This document shows, piece after piece, positions 49,634 to 59,449 of a DNA stretch of 64,000 bases. This DNA is from Acidimicrobiia bacterium (lineage in GTDB: Bacteria > Actinomycetota > Acidimicrobiia > Spongiisociales > ZC4RG35): assembly GCA_965203555.1 (NCBI GenBank), contig CBDBCY010000004.1:288001-352000 (forward strand), given 5' to 3'. How positions within the stretch are numbered: the stretch's first letter is position 1; the number at the start of each line of letters is the position of its first letter. A program made the position numbers and the translations under genes. The notes below the pieces were generated by a model. That model had not been told where the DNA came from and did not search any database. It worked only from the letters and a program-made list of their open reading frames with translations.

Positions 49634-50182
49634 ATGGCACGCATCAAGGTCATTCCCGATGACGCCTGGGACGGAGCACTCGGCGAACTCCATCCGCGGG
49701 TTGTCGATCCTGCATACGGCCGGGTCGACAACATCCTGGCCGTGCACTCGCTGAACCCCCGCGGCATGGCGGCGCATCAGGGTCTGTACGAATCGGCCAT
49801 GGCCGGCACCGCAACGCTCCGCAAGGTCGAGCGGGAGATCATCGCTCTGGTCGTGAGCCTTGAGAACGACTGCCACTATTGAGTCGTCCACCACCGGCGC
49901 GGTCTGCGTCGGCTGCTCCACGACGACCAACTCGCCGCCGCGATAGAACAGGACTGGACAACCGCAGCGCTGTCGTCAAAGCGGGTGGCGATGCTGAGGT
50001 TCGCGGTCAAACTGACGGTGACACCGAGCGCGATGAATGACGCCGATGTCAAAGCCCTGCGAACCGTCGGCTTCTCTGATCGTGACATACTCGACATAGT
50101 CGAAGTGGTCGGTTACTACGCCTACGCCAATCGGATCGCCGATGGTCTGGGCCTTGAGACCGAAACGTGGATCCCCGACTGA
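49634..50182 (+). CDS. AhpD/carboxymuconolactone decarboxylase-like peroxidase, predicted selenoprotein (CxxU), 182 aa
   Basis: ORFs 49634-49882 and 49985-50182 are in the same frame; only stop between them is TGA 49880-49882 in RE.IA.VVS..N.CHY*VVHH; SECIS-like hairpin follows; C-terminal FA.KLT..P..D...L...G.SD..I. Confidence 0.88.
49883..49912 (+). promoter_or_regulatory. bacterial SECIS element (candidate)
   Basis: TGA, 11-nt spacer GTCGTCCACCA, stem CCGGCGC / GCGTCGG (one G-U pair), loop GGTCT. Confidence 0.8.
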
Positions 50183-50383
50183 ACCACAAGGGTTGGGGGA
50201 GGATCGTTCCAGATGCGGCGCCCAGCGCGTCTGCGGTCAAGCGGGCACGAATAGGAATATCTGCGCCCATGAGGTCCGATTCTTGCGCTGTCTGACGCGT
50301 GGTGGGTGCGATGGCAGGGGCGCCTGAAAGACGATAGGGAAGGGGAGTCCGGGACTTTCCCACTGACGGTAATGTGCTGATCC

Positions 50384-50884
50384 ATGAGTGAGACTTACCG
50401 ACGCATCCTCGGCCTGCGGGCCATCCGCCAATACCAGGACCGCCCCGTCAGAGAGGAAGACCTCGACCGGGTGCTGGAAGCTGCCCGGTGGACGGGCAGT
50501 TCGAAGAACCGTCAGAACTGGTCGGTGGTCGTCATCCGCGACCGGGAGCAGATCGAGCGACTGGCCGGGTGCGGAGACTTCACCAGGCCTCTCGGGGCGG
50601 CGCCGGTGGCGCTGGCGCTCGTCCAGGAACCGCGGACCTATGAATTCGACACTGGACGCATGGCGCAGAATATCATGTTGGCGGCCGATGCTCTGGGCAT
50701 GGCCACCTGCCCCATCACCCTGCACCGGGACCATGACGCCGCCGCGGTCCTCGGGTTGCCGGCAGGTTGGCGCTGCCGTTACGCAATAGCGCTCGGATAC
50801 CCGGCCCCTTCCGCCCGCCCGGCCCGGTTCGGGGGTCGCAAACCGATTGGCGACATCCTCCATCAGGACACGTTCGGCCCATGA
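50384..50884 (+). CDS. nitroreductase family protein
   Basis: R.IRQY..RPV..EDL..VLEAARW.GSSKNRQNW, FD.GR.AQNIMLAA..LG, IALGYP. Confidence 0.9.
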   Translation: MSETYRRILGLRAIRQYQDRPVREEDLDRVLEAARWTGSSKNRQNWSVVVIRDREQIERLAGCGDFTRPLGAAPVALALVQEPRTYEFDTGRMAQNIMLAADALGMATCPITLHRDHDAAAVLGLPAGWRCRYAIALGYPAPSARPARFGGRKPIGDILHQDTFGP

Positions 50885-52560
50885 CTGCAGTCGCCCGCGC
50901 GCTGGCCGACGAGTACTGGCAGTTCCAACTCGAAAACCGCCACTTCGCCAACCTGGCCCGCGGGGAGTTGAGCCGCCTGGAACAGTGGGACGATCTCTCG
51001 GATGAAGGACGGTCGGCCTCCAGGGAAGCTTCACGCCGGTGCTCCCGCGATGCCGCCCGGATAACCGGTGAGGATGCCTCCGAGCGGATACTGGCACAGA
51101 CGGTGGCCGCAATCGCCTTCATGGATGCGACGGTGACAGTCTGGTGGCCGCAACTGCAGGCAGCCAATTCCCAGACCGGGCTGCTGAGCGCGATGCTTCC
51201 GGCGCTCCACTTCCAGCCCCTGGTCACCGCCGACCACGGCCGCCGGTATCTGGAAAAGCTGGGTCGTTTCCCGGCGATGATCGACCAGTTGGTGGACCGG
51301 TTGAAGGAAGGGGCCGCTGCCGGAGTGACACCCCTTACCCGCCACGTGCACCAGACCATGACGAAGCTCGACCAGGTCCTGGGTCGGCCATCGGTGGAAG
51401 ATCCGATCTCCACCCAACCAGCGCCCACCGAATTTTGCACGGTCGAGGCCAACCGGTGGCAGGCCGCGCTGGTGGAGGCGATCGAAAACGGCGTCCGGCC
51501 CGGCCTGGCCCGCTTCGAAGAGACACTTCGCCAGGTGACGCTTCCCGCCGGACGCCCCGACAACCGGGCCGGGCTGTGCCACCTTCCGGGTGGTGACGCG
51601 GTGTACCGCGACATGGTCCGGGGACACACGACCCTGGACTCCGAACCCGAGGCGATCCACCAGTTAGGCATGGAGAGAGTCGAGTTGCTGGAGGATGAAT
51701 ACCGGCGCATCGCCGGACCGCTACTCGACATCACTGATGTCTCTGACATCTACAGTCGCCTGCGTGACGATCCGCAACTGCGGTACGCCAACTCCGAGGA
51801 TCTGGTGAAGGACGCGCTCGGTTGCCTCGACAAAGCCACCGCCGCGATGGGAGAAAGGTTCGACCCGACCCCCAGGGCGCCCTGCCTGGCCGACCCGATC
51901 GATGTTGGCGCCATGGCCTACTACTACCCGCCCACCGCCGACGGAACAAGACCGGGCCGCTTCTTCTTCAACGTTGCCGACCCGACTGCCTGGACCACGT
52001 TTCAAGTTCCCGCCGTGGCCTACCACGAAGGCATACCTGGCCACCACCTCCAGATGGCCCTGGCTATCGAGAACACCGAGATCCACGACATACACCGCAA
52101 CTCCTACCTGCCGGCTTTCGGTGAAGGATGGGGTCTGTACAGCGAACGCCTCTCCGACGAGATGGGCCTGTACGCCGACGATTGGGAGAGGATCGGAATG
52201 CTCACCGCCGATTCGCTGCGCGCCGGGCGGCTGGTGGTGGACACCGGCATCCACGCGCTGGGCTGGTCACGCACCAAGGCAATCGAATTCATGGCCAACC
52301 ATTCGCCCATGTCTCTTCACGAGGTCACCGAGGAGATCGACCGGTACATCGCCTGCCCCGGCCAAGCACTCTCATACATGCTCGGACGCCTAGAGATCGA
52401 GTCCCTGCGCGCCGAGGCTGAATCACTGCTGGGGACGGCGTTCGACATCAAGGGGTTCCACAGAACGGTCCTCGGCAACGGCGCCGTTTCACTGAGCACT
52501 CTCCGTACCGTGGTCCGTGAGTGGGTGGACTCACACCGAGGAGTCCACAGGCGTGTTTAG
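50881..52560 (+). CDS. DUF885 family protein
   Basis: ATGA overlap with nitroreductase; AYHEGIPGHHLQ, EGWGLYSE, RA.RLVVDTG.H, EIDRY..PGQA.SY..G. Confidence 0.92.
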   Translation: MTAVARALADEYWQFQLENRHFANLARGELSRLEQWDDLSDEGRSASREASRRCSRDAARITGEDASERILAQTVAAIAFMDATVTVWWPQLQAANSQTGLLSAMLPALHFQPLVTADHGRRYLEKLGRFPAMIDQLVDRLKEGAAAGVTPLTRHVHQTMTKLDQVLGRPSVEDPISTQPAPTEFCTVEANRWQAALVEAIENGVRPGLARFEETLRQVTLPAGRPDNRAGLCHLPGGDAVYRDMVRGHTTLDSEPEAIHQLGMERVELLEDEYRRIAGPLLDITDVSDIYSRLRDDPQLRYANSEDLVKDALGCLDKATAAMGERFDPTPRAPCLADPIDVGAMAYYYPPTADGTRPGRFFFNVADPTAWTTFQVPAVAYHEGIPGHHLQMALAIENTEIHDIHRNSYLPAFGEGWGLYSERLSDEMGLYADDWERIGMLTADSLRAGRLVVDTGIHALGWSRTKAIEFMANHSPMSLHEVTEEIDRYIACPGQALSYMLGRLEIESLRAEAESLLGTAFDIKGFHRTVLGNGAVSLSTLRTVVREWVDSHRGVHRRV

Positions 52561-53543
52561 CTTTGCCTCAGCGCCTCCGGGTTTACTACGTTCTGGGGAC
52601 GGCCCTCCAAGAAAGCGATCACGTTGTCGACGGCGCCCTCATTCAGCAGATCGATCCCTTCCGGTGTTTGGTCGGCCATATGCGGCGTCAGCACCACCTG
52701 CTCGCACGACAGTATGGGATCGTCCGGGGGCAATGGCTCCACGTCGTAGACATCCAAACCCGCTCCCGCCAGATGGCCGGAGCGCAGGGCCCGCACGAGT
52801 GCCTCCTTTTGGACAAGGGATCCCCGGCCTCCGTTCACCAAAAGCGCTCCCGGCTTCATAAGCCCGATCTCGCGCTCGCCTATCATCCCGCGAGTTTCAT
52901 TGCTCAGTGCAACATGAAGGCTTATCACGTCCGCGGTGGTCAGAAGCTCTTCGAGTTCGACATAGCGGACTCCCAGCCGCCGGGCCCGCTCGTCCGACGG
53001 GTGGAATGTCCACGCCACCACCTCCATCCCCAGAGCAGTGGCCAGTCTTGCCATCTCCGAGCCTATGTTGCCGGTCCCGACCACGCCGAGGGTCTTGCCC
53101 TGCAGATAGATGTTTTCCCTGCGGGTCCAACGGCCGGACTTCAGTTCGATCGTCTGATAGGCGGCCCTCTTGGCTACAGCGAACATCAGGCCGAAAACGT
53201 GCTCGGCGACCACCCCGGCGGTCCGTCCCGGCTGGTTGCTCACGGCCACTCCCATATCCGTCGCCGTCGCCAGATCGATGTTGTCGGTCCCGATGGCGCA
53301 CACCGAAATGAGACGTAGTTTCGGCAGCGAGCGCAACGCCTCCGCGGGCCATGTAACCGCTCCGCGGGTGTTGATAATCACCTCGGCGTCCTCGGCGCGC
53401 TCCAGCTTTTGCTCATGGGTGGGGCGGTCAGCGTATACGATTACCTCCCCGAACGGCGTCAGTCGATCAAGGTGGGAAGAGCCTTGGATCTGTACCGGCT
53501 CGTCGCCGGGGACCACTATGGTCAGTCGTTCCTCGAAGGTCAA
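52557..53543 (-). CDS. D-isomer-specific 2-hydroxyacid dehydrogenase
   Basis: G.DNID, VAEH, GVVGTGNIG, MKPGA.LVN..RG, GLDVY..EP, TPHMA. Confidence 0.92.
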   Translation of the reverse strand: MTFEERLTIVVPGDEPVQIQGSSHLDRLTPFGEVIVYADRPTHEQKLERAEDAEVIINTRGAVTWPAEALRSLPKLRLISVCAIGTDNIDLATATDMGVAVSNQPGRTAGVVAEHVFGLMFAVAKRAAYQTIELKSGRWTRRENIYLQGKTLGVVGTGNIGSEMARLATALGMEVVAWTFHPSDERARRLGVRYVELEELLTTADVISLHVALSNETRGMIGEREIGLMKPGALLVNGGRGSLVQKEALVRALRSGHLAGAGLDVYDVEPLPPDDPILSCEQVVLTPHMADQTPEGIDLLNEGAVDNVIAFLEGRPQNVVNPEALRQS

Positions 53544-53722
53544 TTCCGTCCTCCGTTTGTGTTTTCATGTGCGAACACCAGCCGACGGGGTGGACTTGCG
53601 TTCCGACTTCCGATGGCAACATGCTAACGAAGCTTCTTCTCATTGCCCTTGTACATCGTCATTGCAGAAAGGCTGCAAGCAAGATCGATCCTGTAATCTG
53701 ACCGAGAAACTCGAGGAGAGAG

Positions 53723-54397
53723 ATGTCCCCTTCACACGACAGGTTTACCACTGTCAGGCTTGGTGAACTGGGCTTGCGGATAGGCTCATCCCTTGTCTCC
53801 GACGCACTGGATTCGGCCGGGTACCGCCACCAGACCCTGGCTCCGGGTTACACACCCCTGGTAGCCGACCAGGTGGTGGTGGGCTACGCCTTTCCGGTGC
53901 GCGTCGAGGCGACCGACCAGATACCGAACGTGCCCTACGTGGGACTACTGGCGGCCCTCGACGCTATCGGACCGGGGGAAGTTTGGGTGGGCGCATCGGG
54001 CGGATTCCGCAACGCCTCCCTGTGGGGAGAGTTGCTCTCGACGGCCTGCATGGCGACCGGCGCGGTCGGAGCGGTGGTGGAAGGCTGCGCCCGGGATCGC
54101 AACGCCATCCGCAGCCTGGGATTCCCGGTGCTGTGCCGCGGGGCCGATCCTCGCGATATCAACGGCAGGGGAGAGGTGGTGGCGCACCGGGTGACCGTCG
54201 TAGTGGACGGGGCCAGGATCGCTCCCGGAGACCTGGTGGTGGGCGACGACGACGGCGTGGCAATCGTACCCGAACCGCTCATCGACGAAGTGGTAACTGC
54301 TGCGTTGGAGAAGAGCCGCCTGGAAGACCACTTCCGCCAAGCGGTTCGCGACGGTGTGCCGCCCAGCGAGGCGTTCAAGCGCACCGGAGTTCTCTGA
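53723..54397 (+). CDS. RraA / HMG-CHA aldolase family protein
   Basis: VSDALD, WGELLST, GAVVEG..RD, PGDLVVGDDDGVA.VP. Confidence 0.88.
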   Translation: MSPSHDRFTTVRLGELGLRIGSSLVSDALDSAGYRHQTLAPGYTPLVADQVVVGYAFPVRVEATDQIPNVPYVGLLAALDAIGPGEVWVGASGGFRNASLWGELLSTACMATGAVGAVVEGCARDRNAIRSLGFPVLCRGADPRDINGRGEVVAHRVTVVVDGARIAPGDLVVGDDDGVAIVPEPLIDEVVTAALEKSRLEDHFRQAVRDGVPPSEAFKRTGVL

Positions 54398-54430
54398 GCT
54401 GAGAGGCAACCCGCAATCCTGCCTCGCCGT

Positions 54431-56110
54431 CTACTTTTCCCGCGCCCTCCGACGGATCTCGCTGAGGGTGGTGTGGGGGAGGATGGCTTCGGGGTCGACC
54501 TGCAGTTCCAGCACGGAAGGCACTCCCGCGGCGAGGGCCTGCTCGAATGCGGCGGGAAAGTCCTCGGTGCGCTCGACGGTGGCGCCGAATCCGCCGAATG
54601 CCCGGGCGTAGGCGGCGAAATCGGGGTTGAGGATACCGGTGCCGCTGGGCCGATCGGGATAGGTCTGCTCCTGGTGCATCCGGATCGTTGCAAACATACC
54701 GTTGTTGACCACCACGACGATGATCGCAGCGTCATATTGCACCGCGGTGGCCAGTTCCTGTCCGGTCATGAGAAAGTCCCCATCCCCGGAGAAAGCCACC
54801 ACCGGCGTATCGGGTCCGTGTAGCTTGGCGGCCACCGCAGCCGGAACGGCGTAGCCCATCGCGCCGCTCTGAGATCCCAACTGGGTACCGTATTGCTTGA
54901 AGCGGTAGTACCGCTGGGGCCACAGAGTGAAGTTGCCTGCGCCGTTGGTGAGGATCGACTCGGACGGCAGGCGCCTGTCCAGGTAGGTCATCACTTGTCC
55001 GAAATCCACCGGACCGGGCGCCGGAGGGGGTATCAGAGTGGCTTCGTAGTCAGCCCGGGCCGAAGCTGCCCACTCCCGCCATGGCCCAGCGTCCAAGGGC
55101 GGTTCGACAGAAAGGGCCGCCACGGTCTCCGGGGCGCCGGCGGCAACCCCCAGAGTGGGCCGGTAGACCCGCCCCAACTCTCTGCGGTCAGGATGGATGT
55201 GAACCAGCGTCTGGCGGGGATCGGGTGGTTGAAGCAGCGTATAGCCGCGGGTCGCGGTGTCGCTCAGGCGCGTTCCGATGGCGATGATCAGGTCGGCGTT
55301 GAGGATCCGGTCGGCCAGGCTCGTGGCGAGGCCCACTCCGGCCCAGCCCACGTAGCAGGGCGAGCGGTTGTCAAGATAGTCCTGGCGCCGGAAGGAGACC
55401 GCCACCGGTAGGTTGTTCCGTTCAGCCCACGAACTCAGCGCTCGCCCGGAGTCGGTGTCCCATGTTCCACCTCCGACAATCACCAAGGGTCGGCTGGATC
55501 TCGCCAGCAGGGAGCGCAACCCGGCCAGGTCCTGCGATCCCGGCCGCGGCCGTTCCGGTGATGGCGCCACCGCAGCGTCGGGCGCCGACACCGTTGCGGC
55601 CAGTATGTCCTCGGGTAACGACACGACCACCGGCCCGGCGCGTCCCTGGCGTGCGACGCGGGCGGCTTCGGCGGTTACCTCGCTCAGCAGTTCGGGCCGC
55701 GCCACCTCCACCGACCACTTCGCCAGTGGGGCAAACAGAGCCTCGAAGTCGACCTCCTGGAAAGCCCCCCGGCCGCGGTGCGCGGTGGGGACCTGTCCCA
55801 CGAACAGCAGCAGCGCTGTGCTGCTCTCGGTTGCGTTGTGTACCCCCACCGCGGCGTGCGTCGCTCCCGGGCCGCGGGTCACGAAGGCCACTCCCAGATC
55901 TCCACGCAGACGGGCATGCGCCTCCGCCATGATCGCTGCGCCGGACTCGTGGCGGCACACCACAGTGCGAATACCCTGCTCGTCGTAAAGGGCGTCCAGC
56001 ACGGCCAAGAAACTTTCTCCCGGCACCGTGAAGACAGTGTCCACGCCGTGGCGGCGAAGTTGGTCTACCAGCACCCGCCCACCGTGGCGCGCCGTCTGAT
56101 CCGAACCCAT
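54431..56110 (-). CDS. thiamine pyrophosphate-dependent enzyme (acetolactate synthase-like family)
   Basis: F.VPGES, RHE.GA..MA.A, TRGPG, FQEVD, GAMGY, GDGDF..NN TPP motif; start MGSDQ at 56110. Confidence 0.92.
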   Translation of the reverse strand: MGSDQTARHGGRVLVDQLRRHGVDTVFTVPGESFLAVLDALYDEQGIRTVVCRHESGAAIMAEAHARLRGDLGVAFVTRGPGATHAAVGVHNATESSTALLLFVGQVPTAHRGRGAFQEVDFEALFAPLAKWSVEVARPELLSEVTAEAARVARQGRAGPVVVSLPEDILAATVSAPDAAVAPSPERPRPGSQDLAGLRSLLARSSRPLVIVGGGTWDTDSGRALSSWAERNNLPVAVSFRRQDYLDNRSPCYVGWAGVGLATSLADRILNADLIIAIGTRLSDTATRGYTLLQPPDPRQTLVHIHPDRRELGRVYRPTLGVAAGAPETVAALSVEPPLDAGPWREWAASARADYEATLIPPPAPGPVDFGQVMTYLDRRLPSESILTNGAGNFTLWPQRYYRFKQYGTQLGSQSGAMGYAVPAAVAAKLHGPDTPVVAFSGDGDFLMTGQELATAVQYDAAIIVVVVNNGMFATIRMHQEQTYPDRPSGTGILNPDFAAYARAFGGFGATVERTEDFPAAFEQALAAGVPSVLELQVDPEAILPHTTLSEIRRRAREK

Positions 56111-56676
56111 CAAAGCAACCGTTCCTCGAGGAGAACGGTTGCCCTCTGGAGGGCGGGCCGCTGCGCGTCGAGCGGGTCGATGTAGCGGATCGTCCGCTTG
56201 CCGGCCCACTCGGCGGGCAGCAGCATCACCCTCACAAAAGCCGACGCTTCCGTCGCCGACGCTTGGGCGTACACCGGTTCGGGACCGCTCTCGAACCACG
56301 GGTCGCCCGGCGAATGGGCGGTCGTAACGCCGCCGGTCGTAACGGTCAACCCGCCGAACAACAGGCGCCGGATCCCAGGGCCGGGATGGACGTGCCGGTA
56401 AGCCACGGCCCCGGGAGGAAAGTCCACCCGGTCGCAGCGCATCAGCCACTGTTGGGACTCGTCCAGCGCTACAACCCTCGACAGAACTGTGTCGAGTTGG
56501 CCAGGACCTTTGCGGCAGTCGGGTCCCATCGGTGTCACCTCCCACCGAAGCGCCGCTCCGGACGCCGAGGCGCCGCCGAAATGGGCCCTGCCGGCTTCGA
56601 GATCGTAAATAACGCGGTTGCCCTGGCCCACCCCCACGCCCGCGGGATGCTCAAAGAGGGAGAGGAGAACTTCCAC
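56110..56676 (-). CDS. cupin-like protein
   Basis: RCDRVDFPPG.VAY.H.H.GPGIR.L..G, GD.WFE.GPEPV.A. Confidence 0.75.
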   Translation of the reverse strand: MEVLLSLFEHPAGVGVGQGNRVIYDLEAGRAHFGGASASGAALRWEVTPMGPDCRKGPGQLDTVLSRVVALDESQQWLMRCDRVDFPPGAVAYRHVHPGPGIRRLLFGGLTVTTGGVTTAHSPGDPWFESGPEPVYAQASATEASAFVRVMLLPAEWAGKRTIRYIDPLDAQRPALQRATVLLEERLL

Positions 56677-56697
56677 CGTGCGTTTCCGGCGGGCCGG

Positions 56698-57513
56698 TTA
56701 GTGGAAGTACTGGCCGCCGTCGATCACGATCGTCTGCCCCGTCACGAAAGCCGCGCCGGGACTGCACAAAAAGACCGCCGCGGCCACGATGTCCTCGGGG
56801 ATCTGGTCGCGCTTGATCGTGCGGGCGGCAACCGAGATGCGGCTGAGGAACTCGAAGTCCACTCCGGCAGGGTTCTCTCGCACGCCGTCGGAGATGGTGA
56901 ATCCGGGAGCGATGCAGTTCACCAGGATGCCGTCACCACCCAACTCCTTGGCAAGTGCCCTGGTCATCGCCAGCACGGCGCCCTTGCTGGAAACGTAGTG
57001 AAGAAGGTGCGGCACTCCCCGGAAAACCGTTCCCGAAGAGATGTTGAGGATTCTCCCTCCGCCGTTTGCGCGCATGTGCGGCGTCACAGCCCGGCACGCC
57101 AGCGCCAGGCCGATCACGTTGACTTCCAACACCCGGCGCCATTCATCGACCGGGATGTCCTCGAAAGGTCGCATCGGCAACGACGTGTAGATCCCGGCGT
57201 TGTTGACCAGGACGTCGACGCGTCCGCAAGCCGCAACCGCCGTGTCCACCATGGCAGTCACTTCATCGGGGTCGGACACGTCGACCGTGATCCCCACGCC
57301 GCCTGGATATGTGGCCGCAGCTTCCTGCGCTCCGGAGAGATCGGCGACAACGATCCGCGCCCCCGCCCGGGCGAAGCCGTCTGCGATGGCGCGCCCTATT
57401 CCCTTGGCGCCGCCGGTCACGATGGCGGTCTGACCGGCCAGGGAGAAGGCATCTCTGCCCGGAGCCGCGATCCCGGACTCCGGTCCGCCGATATTTTTCT
57501 GCGAGGCGTTCAT
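56698..57513 (-). CDS. SDR family oxidoreductase
   Basis: TGGAKGIG, VNNAG, NISS, YVSSKG, VTGQ.I.IDGG. Confidence 0.93.
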   Translation of the reverse strand: MNASQKNIGGPESGIAAPGRDAFSLAGQTAIVTGGAKGIGRAIADGFARAGARIVVADLSGAQEAAATYPGGVGITVDVSDPDEVTAMVDTAVAACGRVDVLVNNAGIYTSLPMRPFEDIPVDEWRRVLEVNVIGLALACRAVTPHMRANGGGRILNISSGTVFRGVPHLLHYVSSKGAVLAMTRALAKELGGDGILVNCIAPGFTISDGVRENPAGVDFEFLSRISVAARTIKRDQIPEDIVAAAVFLCSPGAAFVTGQTIVIDGGQYFH

Positions 57514-57824
57514 CGGATCGGAGAGAAGGCTGTTGGGACCACGATCCGGTTCTGCTGGGTGTGAATCAGCGGCTGGAGCTTGGGAAGGAAGGCCTGCCAG
57601 CGCTCGTCTGCACTGAGAATCGCCCGGCGTCTCTCCCGCTCGGCATAGTTCTCGTATCCCCATATTGCCGAGATGGACGACAAACCTCCCACGTCCACGG
57701 TGAACCAACCGATCAGGTTGCCAAGGATCTCCTTTTGGATGATGATGCCCTCTGACTGATAGAGCCTCAGCACCTCTTTCATCTTCCCGGTGTAGATGTG
57801 GTAGTCCCGCTGCTCGACAATCAT
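57510..57824 (-). CDS. NIPSNAP family protein
   Basis: EQR.Y.I..G, IG.F..D.G, IWGY...ER..RR, P..FSP.R. Confidence 0.9.
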   Translation of the reverse strand: MIVEQRDYHIYTGKMKEVLRLYQSEGIIIQKEILGNLIGWFTVDVGGLSSISAIWGYENYAERERRRAILSADERWQAFLPKLQPLIHTQQNRIVVPTAFSPIR

Positions 57825-58005
57825 CGTCTCCTCGCTGGTGTTTCGCCGACCGCCAATCCCGACAGGCCGGTCGCTCCGCAGGGTTGTCGACGGCCGACAA
57901 ATGTCAACGCGTCATGCTCCCACGGTCTGCGATCGATGGTAGCAAATCATCGCCGGCCGTTCAGTCCCTGATCCGGAAAGGTGAGAACAGGGGCTTTCTG
58001 ACGGC

Positions 58006-59205
58006 TTACCTGGAGGACCGTCTCCCACTCCATATCACACGAGGCAAGCGTTTCTGCTTGTCGACAAAGGGCAAAGTGTCAACGGTGGCTTGGTGCGGTG
58101 CGCCGTCGCGGTCAGATAAGAGGACCGTCTTGCCGAGCCAATCGCCAGCAGCCATAGGCCGATCGAAACGCACATAGCCGATTCCCGTGTCCAGGGTGGG
58201 CGACCACGTTCCGATTGTCATGTGCCCGACCGGGCGGTCGTCGAAATAGACCTGCATGCCGGCCTTCGGCGTAGCGGTGGGGCAGACCAGGCCGAACAAC
58301 AGTTGGCTGCGATCGGCTCGTTCCAATGCCGCCCGACCGATGAAGTCTTCTTTGTCGAGTCTGACGAATTGCCCCAGACCGGCGCCGAACGGCGTCAGAT
58401 CCGGCTCGATGTCGCTGCCGTTGTCAAGAATGCCGGACTCGATGCGTCGTATTCCCATCGATGAACCCGAACTGAACTCCATGCCAAAGTCTTCCCCGCA
58501 GGCGAACAGCCCTTCCCAGAGAGCATCATGGTCGGTGGGCTCCGGTCCGCTGTTGCAATAGATCTCGATACCCACTTCCCCCGTCCAACCGGTGCGCGAC
58601 ACCCACAATGTCTGGCCGCATACGTCAAAGAATCCGGCGTGGAAATATTTGAAATCGGCCGATAGGCCTCCGCCCGTCGCCGCGTCCAGCACGTCAAGCG
58701 ACTTGGGTCCCTGTATCTGGAGTACTCGTGAATCGGGATCGAAGACCTGCACATCGAGCCCGATGGCGTTCGCCTGCAGCCAGGTCTGGAACTCACCATT
58801 GGCTTTGACGTACCAGAAGCGATCCTGGGCCAGTCGCATTACCACGCCATCCATCAGAACGGCGCCGTCTTCATCGCAGGCAATGCCGTAGCGAGCCCGG
58901 CCCACCGGGAGTGTCCCGACTCGGCAGGCGAGGACTCTCTCGAGCAGTATGGCGGCATCCGGGCCGATGATTTCCAACGGCTTCTCCGGTACGTCGTACA
59001 ACAGGACGTCACGGCGCAACTTCCAGTACTTGGGAACGGGGTCCTCGTCCCAGGTGGTCTTGAGGGGATAGAGGCGACCGCAGTACAAGCCGAAAACCGT
59101 CTGATCAGTCACGTACCGGTGGGCGAAGGGGGACTGGCCGAGCCGATACGAACTCAAACGGATCGTGTCGAACGACTCGATATAAAAGTGTCTGTCCCCT
59201 GTCAT
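58006..59205 (-). CDS. GcvT-family aminomethyltransferase/demethylase (DmdA-like)
   Basis: Y..LR..V..YDV, EI.GPDA, DG, LQIQGPKS, SRTGWTGE.G.EIY, RRIESG, FIGR.AL. Confidence 0.85.
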   Translation of the reverse strand: MTGDRHFYIESFDTIRLSSYRLGQSPFAHRYVTDQTVFGLYCGRLYPLKTTWDEDPVPKYWKLRRDVLLYDVPEKPLEIIGPDAAILLERVLACRVGTLPVGRARYGIACDEDGAVLMDGVVMRLAQDRFWYVKANGEFQTWLQANAIGLDVQVFDPDSRVLQIQGPKSLDVLDAATGGGLSADFKYFHAGFFDVCGQTLWVSRTGWTGEVGIEIYCNSGPEPTDHDALWEGLFACGEDFGMEFSSGSSMGIRRIESGILDNGSDIEPDLTPFGAGLGQFVRLDKEDFIGRAALERADRSQLLFGLVCPTATPKAGMQVYFDDRPVGHMTIGTWSPTLDTGIGYVRFDRPMAAGDWLGKTVLLSDRDGAPHQATVDTLPFVDKQKRLPRVIWSGRRSSR

Positions 59206-59449
59206 CGGTACCTCAATAATGCCGGATGAGTGGCGGACTTATGGTAGCAGCGCCACCCTTGGAACATCCCGAGAACCCATGGCGCCTTGATCGACACTCC
59301 CGATAAAAAGACCTCGTGTTTCGCGACATCGGCACAGATTGGCGGGCTGTCCGCATCGGGCTTGCGAGGGAACCCGACAGGGTAGTGGCAAACTGCCTTC
59401 GGGGCAACGGTCAGTATCCAAGAATCCGGCTGCGGTACAATGGCTCGCC

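Noticed and set aside
49880-49882. TGA as a simple nonsense mutation (pseudogene)
   Set aside because: Position at the catalytic Cys, the intact downstream frame and the correctly spaced SECIS-like hairpin make recoding more parsimonious; not formally excluded without sel genes.
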